From positions 35,714,001 through 35,778,000 of the forward strand of contig NC_058368.1 of the NCBI RefSeq assembly GCF_018350175.1: a DNA stretch of 64,000 nucleotides. Direction: 5' to 3'. Source of the stretch: Felis catus (taxonomy: Eukaryota). The translations under genes and the position numbers were made by a program. This document shows, piece after piece, positions 13,194-25,680 of the stretch (the first letter of the stretch is position 1; the number at the start of each line of letters is the position of its first letter). A model generated the notes under the pieces. It did no database searches. It had not been told where the DNA came from and saw nothing but the letters and a program-made list of their open reading frames with translations.

Positions 13194-13356
13194 TTTTTCT
13201 TTTTTAATGTTTATTTTTGAGAGAGGGAGACAGAGCACGAGCAGTGGGGGGCAGAGAGAGGAGGAGACAGAAACCGAAGCAGGCTCCAGGCTCTGAGCTG
13301 TCAGTACAGAGCACAACCCAGGGCTCGAACCCTGGGCTGAGCCACCCAGATGCCCC
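13194..13356 (-). mobile_element. Can-SINE (internally deleted) nested in L1
   Basis: SINE body lacking the catgacc segment; TSD tttctatagttttt. Confidence 0.85.
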
Positions 13357-14597
13357 AAGCTTTCTATAGTTTTAAGTGTATAGATTTTTCACCTCTTTGG
13401 TTAGGTTTATTCTTAGGTATTTTATGGTTTTTGGTGCAGTTGTAAATGGGATCGATTCCTTGATTACTCTTTCTGCTGTTTTATTATTGGTGCATAGAAA
13501 TGCAACTGATTTCTGTACATTGATTTTATATCCTGCGACTATGCTGAATTCATGGATCAGTTCTAGCAGTTTTTTTGGTAGAGTCTTTTGGGTTTTCCAC
13601 AGAGTTTCATGTCATGTGGATGAGTGGAAGTGTGACCTCCTCCTTGCCGATTTGGATGCCTTTTATTTCTTTGTGTTGTCTGATTGCTGAGGCTAGGACT
13701 TACGACACTATGTTGAATAACAGTGCTGAGAGTGGACATCCTTGTCATGTTCTTGACCTTAGGGGGAAAGCTCTCAGTTTTTCCCCATTGAAGATGATAT
13801 TAGTGGCCCTAAGGCTATATATGGCCTTAATGATCTTGATGTATGATCCTTCTATCCCTATTTTCTTGAGGGTTTTTGTCAAGAAAGCTGCTGTGTTTTC
13901 TCAAATGCTTTGTTAGCATCTATTAAGAGGTTCATGTGGTTCTTATCCTTTCTTTTATTAATGTGATGTATCACACTGATTTGTGGATACTGAACCAGCT
14001 CTGCATCTAAGAAATAAATCCCACTTGATTATGGTGAATAATTCTTTTAATGTATTGTTGGATCCAGTTTGCTAGTATCTTGTTGAGAATTTTTGCATCC
14101 AGGGAAATTGGTCTGCAATTCTCCTTTTCAGTGGGGTCTTTGTCTAGTTTTGGAATCAAGGTAATACTGGCTGCATAGAATGAGTTTGAAAGTTTTCCTT
14201 CCATTTCTATTTTTTGGAACAGCTTCAAAAGAATAGGTGTTAACTCTTCTTTAAATGTTTGGTAGAATTCCCTGGAAAACCATCTGGCCCCAGACTCTTG
14301 TTTGTTGGGAGATGTAAATTATATTCTTAAGGCAGAAAATAGAATTCAGAGAAATGTCTGTGTTAGAGATTATCAGTTTTTCCTCTGTTCTCTCCTCTTT
14401 GGACACATAGCCAGAGTTCAGTTCTCAGCTTTTCTTATAGTGAGGGCACTGTTGTCATCAGCAGAGCATGATCACAAATGGTGTCTGCTACTCCCAGGTA
14501 TGACCCAGGAAAACCTCCATATCTCTTCATTCATGTTCTTTTTCCTTCAAGCTCTCTGTCTCTTCTTGTACCCATAGTAACTATAAAGCCACAGGCT

Positions 14598-14763
14598 TTA
14601 TAGAATGCCTGACTTAATTTGGGCTTGGGTCTTAATCGCAGGGTGGTGGGATCAAGCCCTGTGTCAGGCTCTACACTGAATGAGGAGCCTGCTTAAGAGA
14701 CTCTCTCTCTCTCTCCCTCTGCTCCTCTCCATCCTTTACCCTCTCAAAAAAAAAAAAAAAAAA
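14598..14763 (+). mobile_element. 5'-truncated Can-SINE
   Basis: CT-rich segment plus poly-A tail; TSD aaagccacaggct. Confidence 0.8.
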
Positions 14764-15929
14764 AGCCACAGGCTGAAATGCAAAGCTACAATTCACCTGG
14801 GTTCTGCATGGCTATGTGGATCACACCAGCCTCAAACCTTTCTAGATTATTGGGTGAGCAAGAAGGTAACTGCTATCCTGTTGAGTCATGAGTCTTCGGG
14901 TCTATTTGTTTCCATTGTCTTGTCTCCCCTAAGTAACTGAAATAGTGGCAAATTCTCAAGAGCTGCTCATAATGGCCTAAGAATGAAATTTCTTTAATGA
15001 CTTTTTGTAAAGTTCTTTTCAGACGCATCCTTAAACACTGTGTGTTGTTTCACCCATGAATGTCAGATTTACCTCATTAGTTAATTTGATCTCCTGGGTG
15101 CGAAACTGTTCGTCTTTTCGCTCAGTGTGATACAGAGGCACACTCTGTAGGGTACATCTCAGATGCCAAAAGTTAAGCCGAGCCGCGTTTTCCACTAGAG
15201 CCATTTGGTTTGTTACAATTACAGAAGGGAATGTGATCTGGAAGCTGAAACTGCAGTTTTCAAAGTGCAAAAATAGCAGCAACAAGTCTTATATTTAGAG
15301 GAAACAAAGGGTTTGAAACAACAGCTATAACAAAAACTAACATGTGCTGTTCCTGGGATGGTCTGCAGAATTTTCAGGAGAGCTTCTCCTTCTAGAATAA
15401 GCCCCTGCTTTGGTCAATTTCCTGGAGCCTGTCTCAGATGTTACCCAAGTATAGAAGAGCCGTTTATACGAATCCCACAAATCTGACTCTGGAACCCTTA
15501 AGAAATAATACGATTTTTGAAGGTGCTGTGGAAGAAGTACCACAGGCCTTCACACATGAGCCTCATGGAAAAACGTCTTCAGATTCCTCTTCACTGATCC
15601 CTCTCCACCAAATCCCTTCCGTGGCTGCAAAAAAACCCATTTCTTCCCATGAAAACCACGTGATGCTTTTCTCCCCCTTCCTCTCACTCCTTTTGTTAGT
15701 CCCTGTTTGTTGTTTTCATTGTAAATCCTGGTGCTCTCTTTTCCAGTACCCCCTCATACCCCACTCTTCAGTCATAGCCTCACCTCCACGGAGAGATCCA
15801 GTGAAAGGGATGCAAGCTTGGAAAGAGGTTGGGAATTCTTACATAATTTGTCTTTGTCCCTATCATAACATTAGGTCCACTTGATGAGATTTTACTGATC
15901 ATATGATTTCTTTTATGCTTTTTCAACTT

Positions 15930-16150
15930 AATTTTCTTAATGTTTATTTATTTATTTTTTTTTGGAGAGAAGGAGAGACAGAGCATGAGCAGGGGAGGAG
16001 CACAGAGAGAGGGAGACACAGAATACAAAGCAGGCTCCAGGCTCTGAGCTGTTGGCACAGAGCCTGACGTGGGGCTCGAACCCATGAGCTGGGAGATCAT
16101 GACCTGAGCCAAACTCGGATGATTAACCAACTGAGCCACCAAGGTGGCCC
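15930..16150 (-). mobile_element. Can-SINE
   Basis: Full body; TSD tgctttttcaactt. Confidence 0.9.
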
Positions 16151-19100
16151 TGCTTTTTCAACTTTTTAAAAAGAAGCTCTGTAGCCTTTAACTAAGTGAA
16201 TCGGGAACGTTTTAGGGAAGGTGAGGCCTTTGGTCTCTTCCAGTGTCCATTATAATTCTTATCAGGGTTTTCTGGGGGGAAGGATGGAGGCTAGTGCTCC
16301 CATCCATTGACATAAACAGTTGAGAACTGCTCAGTTTACATTCATATCACCCAGGACTCTAATTCTATGGAGTTCATAAAAGAGCAGTTCTGTTAGGAAT
16401 GCTTGTCCTTTGTATGATCTTTGAAGATAGGCACTCCTTCAGGTCGGCTGCCTAGAGCTTTCCCTAAAGCATACCAGTGGGAGCACCTGCCCCAGCCCTA
16501 GGATGGCTGTGGCTCTGTCCACATCCTTGCTCTATAATCAGCAGTGATGGTGACTACCGGGCCTAGCTGTTTCCGTATCTCAGTGGACCCAGAAACCTGT
16601 GTCAGAGTGACCGCCATGAGCCAGTGAGAGTAGAATGGGAGCTATCTGACCATAGTGAGGACCCAAAGTCCTCTCAGCTAGTCATCGAGAATCCTACTCC
16701 CTGATCTGCTTCATTTCACTTATTGGGGAAGAGGGCCCTGAACTTCAACTTGGGGTTCCAGGGGCTTGTATTCCCTTTGGTCTTTTCATTTGGGCTGAAC
16801 CCTTGGATGATTGGCAGCTCACCTGTCACCTCACTGCTGGAGCCTCTGCCACCCATTTCTGAGTACTGGGGTCTCTGGTCTCCCTGACAACTTCATGTTA
16901 CCTACCATCATTTCCTTTGTGACCTTTCCAGTTGTCAAGCGAGCTTATGGTCTTTTATCCCTCCAGTCCTTTACCCATGAAGTGAAATAAAGCTGCACAT
17001 TAATCACCTTGGGTTCCCAGACACTTTGCTTTGAGCGTCTTTTGTAGTTCTTTGCTGTCTAATAGAACATGCATTTAGAAGCATGGCCTTCCTGCCCTTT
17101 CAGAATACATTGTGTTCTCAAAGGCGGCATGACATAAGCTTGTTTAGATGAAAGGGCCAGGCCTGTTTTGGTAGCTTCTGTGTGGCTTATTTGACTTTGG
17201 TGAGATCATTTTAAAGTTTCATGCTTTCTGGGTGTGTAAAATTGATGTAGCATAAATTAGTTGGCTGATGTATGCATTTTTGCTCTATTGTTTGAAAATT
17301 ACTGTCTCCAGGAAAATCCCTAGTGGTTACAACCTTGCCTGCATGGATCCTAGAAAAAATACCACTGTTAGTATTTGTGAGAAAACTTTGTGTCTATGGA
17401 GAAAAAAAAAAAAGAGTCCTCTGAAAAATCATTTCTAAAGAATGTACATCCCACAGTGATGGTAGGTGATCTAATGGCATTTTGTACCAGTGGTGTTAAA
17501 AATTAGAGTGACATACTTAATCTCAAACTCTATAGTTATTTTCTAAAATAAACACATGAAAGCATATATTGAAAATGTATCAAGTAGGAAGGTGATATAC
17601 TCTCCTTAAATACCAAGCTATCTAGTGCAGAATAATCTTTGCAATAATTAATATAACAGATGTTTACCATGGAATACCTTAAATAAAGAAATCTTGATGC
17701 ATATTAAATTAATGAAAATTTGAAGCCTCCTAATTTAATCATATTTTGCTTTTATGAAACAAAACTGAAGGACATTGATAGCACGAGTAATTGTTAGTTA
17801 TTTTCCTTTTGCAGGTGACTTAGCAAAATGTATACAACCCTGTCAGATTAAAATTTTTTCCCCAATGGTTTAGGAAAAATAATGTGTGTAATACAGGAAG
17901 CAGTATTCTAGCTTGATTAGCTTCCCTTCAAACTTAGATCTGTTTTGTACCCCCAAATGAACATTTCAAGCTGTTTCACTCTTTAAAGGCTCCATCCATG
18001 CAGCTCCCTCTACCTGGCATTCTCTCTGCCTGCCTAGTTTTGCCCATCATCCCTGCTTCAACTTGAGTCGCTACCTAGGAGAGCTGTCCTAATCCCCCCT
18101 CCCACCCCATCAACTCAGCCTTCCACTATATTCTCCTCTGACAGCCTGTATTCCTATAGCAAGCACACTCATTCTGTGTTCATCTTCCCTGGTGTATTAT
18201 ACACCCCTCTAGATCAGGCACTATATTTATTTGTCAAGCTTTGTATCTCCAGGATTGTACATAGTCCCTGGCATTATTGAATTAAGGATTGACATCTGAA
18301 CAGTTATGATAGACTCTTACATGTAATTGCTATTTTGCTTTTGTACATGGACTTTTTAGCAAAAGAATAAGAGTTGTCTCAGAATAAACCAAGATCATTC
18401 CCTACTGGATCCTTTGGTCTTCTTTCGTTAAACAGATTGTTCATTAATTATTTTCAACACAGCTGAAGTAAATTTTATTGAGCTTTATGGCAGGTATCAT
18501 ATAGGACACTGATGATATGGTGATTAACAAAACATTGTCCTTGTTCCCTGTAAGCAAGTCAGATAATGGATACATATGTTGCTAGATCTGTGTGCTAAAG
18601 ATAATGTCAGCAACTTCTAACTTTAGAAGGATTAAACTATGGAAAGGAAGAGGAAGGACTAATAGGAAACTTACTCTGGAATGCTTTAGTAATAACAGGC
18701 AAATTTGTATTTCATTTAGGCTGTCTTAAAAAATTCAATTATTTATTTGTCAGTATTACTGGCTATGGAATGGAAAAGGCATACCTATGGGAGGCCAATA
18801 CCAAGTTTGGTTCATCCACAAAAATGTCTTAACTTCAATATGATTGGAACATAAATTGCTTCTTATCCAAATGACGGAATTCAGAAATCTCCTAAAATAT
18901 GTTATTGCAAAATGTATGGCTTACTGCTAATCAAAGAAACACCTTGACGGGTCAAGTCTAAAAACTTGACACTTCTGAATTTATTTTTTTCAAGAAACAA
19001 AACTCTGATGCACTCAAATTTCTAGATATTAAAGGGCCTATTTTAAAACAAAGTAATTATTTTAGCAAAAGAAAATAAGTCTTGTCAAGTTACTGCTTAT

Positions 19101-19724
19101 GTATTGTGCTTCTATTTCCCACTAAACTCAGAAAGAAAGGAGGGAAAGAAATAAGGAAGCCAAGGGAAAAACAAAAATGATGAACGTTGTTATTTTGCAG
19201 AGAGGCTAACGGTTTGGGAAGAACTCATCTCTTGTACATACCATACTTACAGAAATCTCATGAGTCTCCCAAACACAGAGGGTTTGACAAGCTGCTCATC
19301 TGTGCAGGAAAAGCATTCCTAGTGGGAGCAGTGCATGGAAAGTTGACTAATCTCAGAGGACCCTAAATTCCTGACAACTCGTGGTCATTCTGACCAACTT
19401 TGGCAGCAAATGTTCATGTCTAAACTTCGTCACGTTAAATTTATACGAGCGATTATTTGACAATATCATACTCAAAGAGAAGCAGCAATGACAGGAAATT
19501 TAGATGAGAAATACTTTATAAAATATATCCATTTTCATCTTCGGTGTATAGGTATCGGAGATTCTCGGAAATCATAGCATTTTGGTACAAAATAATGAAG
19601 CTGAGCGATGATGAGTCTTCTATAGGGTAACTATAAAAACTGTCAGCAAGTTTTGCAAGGGATGCAAAGTGTTTGATTCTTATCCCTGGTGTTTTTCCAG
19701 ACGGTGGTTTAGAATTGTGCAGGC

Positions 19725-19977
19725 AGACAGTATAGCTTAAGATCATGAGGTCGAGAGTTTGAGAATGCTTAGATTTTAATCTTGAGCTCATTACTTACTA
19801 GCTACGGGACTATGGGTAAATTACTTCTTGACTTGGTTTCTTCACTGGTAAACTGGGCTCCAACAGCATTTCCTTTTCATGAGGTTGTTACACACATAAA
19901 GCGAAATAAGACACAACATGCTTAGAACGATGCCTGTTGCAAACGTGGAACCTGCATGAGTTAATGTTTTCATTACT
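19725..19977 (+). mobile_element. MIR
   Basis: Core acttactagctacgggactatgggtaaattactt...tttcttcactggtaaactggg and an L2-like tail atgcttagaacgatgcctg. Confidence 0.7.
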
Positions 19978-22899
19978 CGCTACATTTCTACATGTTGGAA
20001 AAGAGCCGCTTTATCACTCAGACTGAGGCAGTACACCAGCCCAGATCCTTAGCAGGGATTCTTTCCCACGGGGATTTTTGCCTTTTCAGACCACTTCTTT
20101 CTAGGGTAGGGCTGATTTATTTCAGTTGTAAGACCTGGTGCCAGAACATGAATAAACTAAGACAGTTATTATGTCCCTCAAAGAGATAAGCAAACAGAAT
20201 ATGGGATGGTGTGTGGAAGGTGATAAGCCCCAAGGCAAGGGTGCCCACTTATGAATCTATAAACATCACAGAACACAGATTCTAAGGGAGATAAAGTCCT
20301 TCAGGGCTCATATATGCCAACATGCTACCTGAGTAATCGATTCCTTTATTATCTCCCAATCAAGCAGAGCCTGGCCTCTGCTTGTCGAGGTAAGTTGGAG
20401 GGAGGGAGTGCAGACAGCAAGAAGGTGTGGTCTCCAATGGTGTGCAAGTCACTTTACCCTTCAGATGGAGAACCAACAGTATGAATTAGATGACCTCTGG
20501 CATCCCTCTTGAGGACTTGCTTGTGTTCTAGGACCCAGTGATGTCATAATCTTGGAGCCTGGCCTCTCATCATTGGACTGCTCTACAGTAAACTTGCTGT
20601 CTCATATATACTGTATGCCTTGGTCTCTAGAGACACACAAATTCAACCGACTCTGGTGTGGCTGACAACGCTATGTAGTTTAGGCAAGGCTGGTGTCTCA
20701 TTTCTGAGGTTCAGGAAAGGCCAGAGTACCCAGACAATTCTTATGGATATGTAGGATAATGTTCTGAGACTGAATCAATGGTTGCCATTCTGTAGGATAC
20801 GTAAAGTTGTAAAAGCTCAGAATTGTTGCTCAGGAATGCACTAGACCCGTTCATCCCCTGCTGTCTTACCAGAGTACCACACTTACCAGCTTCTCAACAT
20901 GGGAGGGGTGTGTTTACTGTGGAGGGTGAGGACTGTTGTTTATTAGCATGGTATCTTTATGTTTCTTGTGGCTTCTATCTGTCCCTTTGCTTTTCTACTC
21001 AGAGCTTTGTAAAGTCTTTTAAAAAGTCCCACCTTGTCTCAACGCTGCTGCAAAAGAGCATGGAAGAAAAGGGTTTTTGTCATTAAAGTGGAAGTAGCTC
21101 CCCTTGAAGTCAAGGTCTTAGCAACAAGCGTATTCAGAAAGAACGAGGGGGAGTTTCAGCTCAGGGTTCAGTTTAATAAAGGAATATAAATTCCCTCAGT
21201 TTGTGGCTTCTCAATTCTCCATTAGCGCACTTTCAATCCTTTTAGATTAGATGTAAGTTAAAATGCAAATACTCTCATGAAAGGCTAACACTTTGCTGTT
21301 ACCATCCATTTAAGGAACTCAAAGGAGGCTCAGATATAAAGAGAAGCTATAAGGATAACAAAAGGCTAGTTTCTTGGGAATACTGAGGCTGATCGAAATC
21401 AAGCTCTGCCTTCCTCATGTGGTTGCTGGGACACGCCCAAAGAACCGTCACCCTAAATGAGGTCTTTCTACTCGAACGGGGCATCGGGCCTCCATAGGCA
21501 TGCCCGCCATTCCCATGTGCCGCTACTGTCTTCGTGCTTAGCGGTGTCCTTGAAGTGTGTCTGTTCTTATATAAGTGTACTCTCCTTTGGCTCATCACAC
21601 AGAAGCTGTTAAGCTTCTCTGGAGAGTGTGAGAAAAGCTATTACAACATATCAAAACCTCCCTTTTTAGGTGGATTCATGAGGAAGTGCTTAAGAGGCAA
21701 CTCTCACTGACTGCCAGGATAAAGGAACTAATCATTGAAAAAGTGGGTGGTAAACTGGTGAACTTGATGAATATATAATGTGTCCTATAACATCCTAGGA
21801 CCCCAGAAATTATTAAGGGATGAAGCTGGACCCTTCTGAAAGAGGTCCTTTCATCCCCAAAAGACCTTCAGGACTCATTTCATAAAGTGAGACATTTAAT
21901 CTAATGGATGCAGTAAATGTTCTGCAGAAAACATATGGAGTGACTTCCAGGACATTTTAACTGACTTTCTTATAAAGATTTAAAAAAAAAAAAATCAGAT
22001 TTGTTTTCTTCAGGTCAGTAATCCTTTATTTTGGGGAGAGGCTATGGAAGGAGGAGAGAGTAACAGATACAAGCTATAATTCAGGAGGGTGATACAAGGA
22101 AGGTCAGGCAGGACAGAATGATGTGTGAGATCACGTCAGAAATATCACCAGATTCCTTCGGGAGTTATAAAGGTGCCTTAATTCTTGTCCTTGCCAAACA
22201 TCCTATAATAGTACGACAAGATTTTTATTTATTATCCCAGTCAAATTGGACTCTTATGCTCTGGGTAGGCCACAGATGCGGGCTGTCAGTCATGGCTTAC
22301 AATCATCAGAATGGCTCTTGTTAGGTCATTAATGAAGGGAAAGGAATCGAGATGAGAACCTCCAAAGAAAATGCCTCCCCTCCCCACCCTCCACTAGTCC
22401 CCCTGTGGAAAGGCACCTGTTTGCTTTTAACTAGTTGGTTTTGCAATATAAGGGCCAAGCATTTGTGCTTGATTCAAGGGAAGGAAAGAAATGTCTCATT
22501 TTCAAATCAAGCTTCCCTCAGAGGTTGAGTACTTGTAGTTATGAAGTCTAAACTTTTGTTGCCTAACTTTCGTGAGTGTATTTTAATAGGGAATGCTTTA
22601 CACATATTGAGTCTTGAAATTATTACCGAGGTTACAAATAGACATTTCCAGATCATTGATGTATATTCATAACAGCATTTGCCCTTATACATGTTAAGTG
22701 TTTTAAATTAAAAATATATATTATTAAATATTTATATTTAATCTACTGGGGGCTTTTTGATGCAAAGATATGCCTGTTCCACCAGAACCCAGCCATGTCT
22801 GAAAACAGACATTCTGGGGAGAGATTAACTACAATCTCCCTCTGAGGATTGGTCCTGCCCTTGAGAAGTAAGTAATTCACCAGAACACTTGTTTCAATA

Positions 22900-23025
22900 T
22901 GTTTATTTTATTTTTATTTATGAATTTATTTATTTTTATAAGCTCTATGTCCAATATAGGGCTTTGAACTCACAACCCTGAGATCAAGAGTCACATGCTC
23001 TATGGACTGAGACAACCAGATGCCC
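22900..23025 (-). mobile_element. Short tRNA-Lys-like Can-SINE
   Basis: Reverse complement resembles tRNA-Lys followed by an A-rich tail; TSD tcaatatgttta / tcaatctgttta. Confidence 0.75.
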
Positions 23026-23499
23026 TCAATCTGTTTAATTTTTTATAATTTCATGTTTGACCACCAATCATATCTAGTCAGATTATATGTAAAATATTAA
23101 GGCAAGCTTGATAGCAATTAGAGATCCATGTTTAAAATAAGCTTTTAGTAACCCATAATTAGAAAGCAAGGAGGAAAGAGCAATTTTTGAAAATCAGTTT
23201 CTAATCGAAATATAACAAGGAATAAAAATGCCAGGAGAAAAATGGATATCCACCAACTTTAGATACAATTAAAAAATATATATTAATAATAATGTAGATT
23301 TATGAGAACATGGAGAATGTTAGTGGTATTAATTGTAAGGAGGAAATATCTGGAAATTTTAAAACATCGTTTTGTCTAATGGTTGGGATTTCAAAGTGGA
23401 TAGTGAAGGAGAACAAAATCTATCATTGTAAGGTTTGATGAAAGAATCCAAGATTCCTTTGAAGTTCTTGTATCTTGAAGATGCCTACAGGGAGGGGGC

Positions 23500-23655
23500 T
23501 CAGGCCGGTCAACAATGATGGTAATGGGGGAGACTATGCATGTGTGGGAACAGGAGATATTTAAGAAATCTGTACTTTCCTGTCAATTTTGTTGTAAAAC
23601 TGAAATTGCTTTTAAAAAAATAAAGCCTTTAAAGATAATAAAAATAAATAAATAA
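23500..23655 (+). mobile_element. Ancient L1M 3' end
   Basis: ggggagactatgcatgtgtgg...aaatctgtactttcctgtcaattttgttgtaaaac...aaataaa. Confidence 0.6.
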
Positions 23656-25184
23656 AGAGAGGGTACTGTTGAAGTGTCAAATGTAATTAGGTGAATAGAA
23701 GACAAAGAGGCATCTACAGTCAAATCCTAATTAGAGGACCCAGCTAAATTTCATTCTACCTCACACCCCATCCAGCATACTAGTTACAACATTCTTATAC
23801 CCATTTTATTTTTTAAATTTTAATAGACGTATAATTGACATACAATATTATATTAGTTTTAGGTGTACAACACACTGATTATACATTTACATAATTATCA
23901 AATGCGTATCGTAAGTGTAGTTACTGTCACTATGCAGAATTATTATAATATTGACAATATTCCGTATGCTGTACTTTTCATGCTTGTGACTTCTTTATTT
24001 GGTAACTAGAAGTTTGTACCTCTGTATTGCCTCTGGCAATCACCAGTTTGTTCTCTGTATCTACAGGACCGATTCAGTTTTTTGTTTGTTCTTTGATTTG
24101 TTTTGTTTTTAAGATTCCACATAAAAGTGAAATCATATGGTATTTTTCTTTCTCTAACTTATTTCATTTAGCATAATACTTTCTAGATCTCTCCATGTTG
24201 TTCTGTTGGTGAGATCGCATTCCTTTTTATGGCTGCGTAATATTCCACATATTCTTTGTCTAATCATCTATGAATGGACACTTCCATATCTTTGCTATTG
24301 TAAGTCATGCTGCAATAAGTGTAGGGACAAATAGATCTTTTCGAATTAATGTTTTTATTTTATTCAGGCAAATACCCAGGAGTGGAATTACTGGATTGTA
24401 TAGTATTTCTATTTTTAATTTCTTGAGGAATGTCCAGTGTTTTCCACATTGGCTGCACCAATTTACATTCCCACTAACAGTGCACAAGGGTTCCCTTTTC
24501 TCTACATACTCACCAACACTTGTTATTTCTCATCTTTTTGATACTAGCCATCTTAACATAAGTGAGGCGATACCTCATTTTGGTTTTGATTTGCATCTCC
24601 CTGATGATGAGTGATGTCGAGCATCTTTTCATGTGTCTGTTGGCCATCTGTAAATATTCTTAAAAAAATATCTATTCGGATCTTCTGCCTATTTTTGAAG
24701 TTGGTTTGTCCTTTTGGTGTTGAGTTATAGGAGTTCTTCAGAGATTTTTGGATACTCCTTATCAGATATAACATTTGCAAATATATTCTTCAATTCAGAA
24801 GGTCACCATTTTGTTTTATTGTTTTATTTCCTTCACTGTGCAGCTTTTTAGTTTGATATAGTCTATATTGCATATTTTTGCTTTTGTTATCCTTGCTTTC
24901 CCTTTTGCTAAGGCTGATATTCAAGAAATTACTCCCTATTTTCTTTTAAGAGTTTTATGGTTTGGGTCTCACATTTAGGTCTCTAATCCATTTGAGTTTA
25001 TTTTTATATAAGGTGTAAGAAAGTGGTCCGGTTTTAATATTTTGCATGTAGCTGTTCTGTTTTCCCAGCAGCACTGTTTATTGAAAAAAATTGTCTTTCC
25101 TCATGTATATTTGTGCCTCCTTTGTCATAGATTAATTGACCCCATAAGTGTAGATTTATTTATGGATTCTCTATTCTGTTCTAG

Positions 25185-25307
25185 TTCTGCATCAGGCTCT
25201 GTGCTGACAGCTCCCAGCCTGGAGCCTACTTTGGATTCTGTGTCTCCCTCTCTCTCTGCCCCTCCCCCACTCGCACTGTCTCTCTCTCAGAAAAAAAAAA
25301 AAAAAAA
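25185..25307 (+). mobile_element. Headless Can-SINE in L1
   Basis: ggctctgtgctgacagctc..agcctggagcct...CT-rich segment and poly-A; no TSD seen. Confidence 0.8.
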
Positions 25308-25462
25308 GATTGCTTTGGCTATTTGGGGTCTTTTTTGGTTCCACACAAATTTTAGGAGTATCTGTTCTGGTTTTGTGAAAAATACTATTCATATTTTGAT
25401 AGGGATTGGATTGAATCTGTAAGTTGCTGTGGGTACTATGAACATTTTAACAATATTCTTCC

Positions 25463-25680
25463 ATTTTATTTTTTTAATTTTCTTTTAAATATTTATTTAT
25501 TTTTGGGAGACAGAGAGACAGAGTACAAGCAGAGAGAGAGAGAGAGAGACAGAATCTGAAGCAGGCTCCAGGTTCCGAGCTGTCAGCACAGAGCCCTATG
25601 TGGGGCTCAAACCCATGAAGCGCAGATCATGACCTGGGTTGAAGTTGAACACTTAACCGACTGAGCCACCCAGGCAGCCC
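25463..25680 (-). mobile_element. Can-SINE in L1
   Basis: Full body; TSD-like attcttccatttta / attcttctatttta. Confidence 0.88.

Larger units (their letters stand above)
11197..14311 (-). mobile_element. 5'-truncated carnivore/felid L1 (RT, C-terminal ORF2 and 3' UTR)
   Basis: Multiple ORF2p fragments ([40 protein letters not shown]); poly-T tail near 11195; TSD taaattatattctt at 11183-11196 and 14315-14328. Confidence 0.93.

Noticed and set aside
21420..21560. Small CpG-enriched patch as a promoter or CpG island
   Set aside because: It is only about 130 bp with roughly nine CpGs, well short of CpG-island size, and no exon is associated with it.
797..22692. Numerous 60-155 aa ORFs in the track
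   Set aside because: They are either fragments and antisense frames of L1, SINE or LTR elements, or short unsupported frames with no recognisable homology or splice structure.
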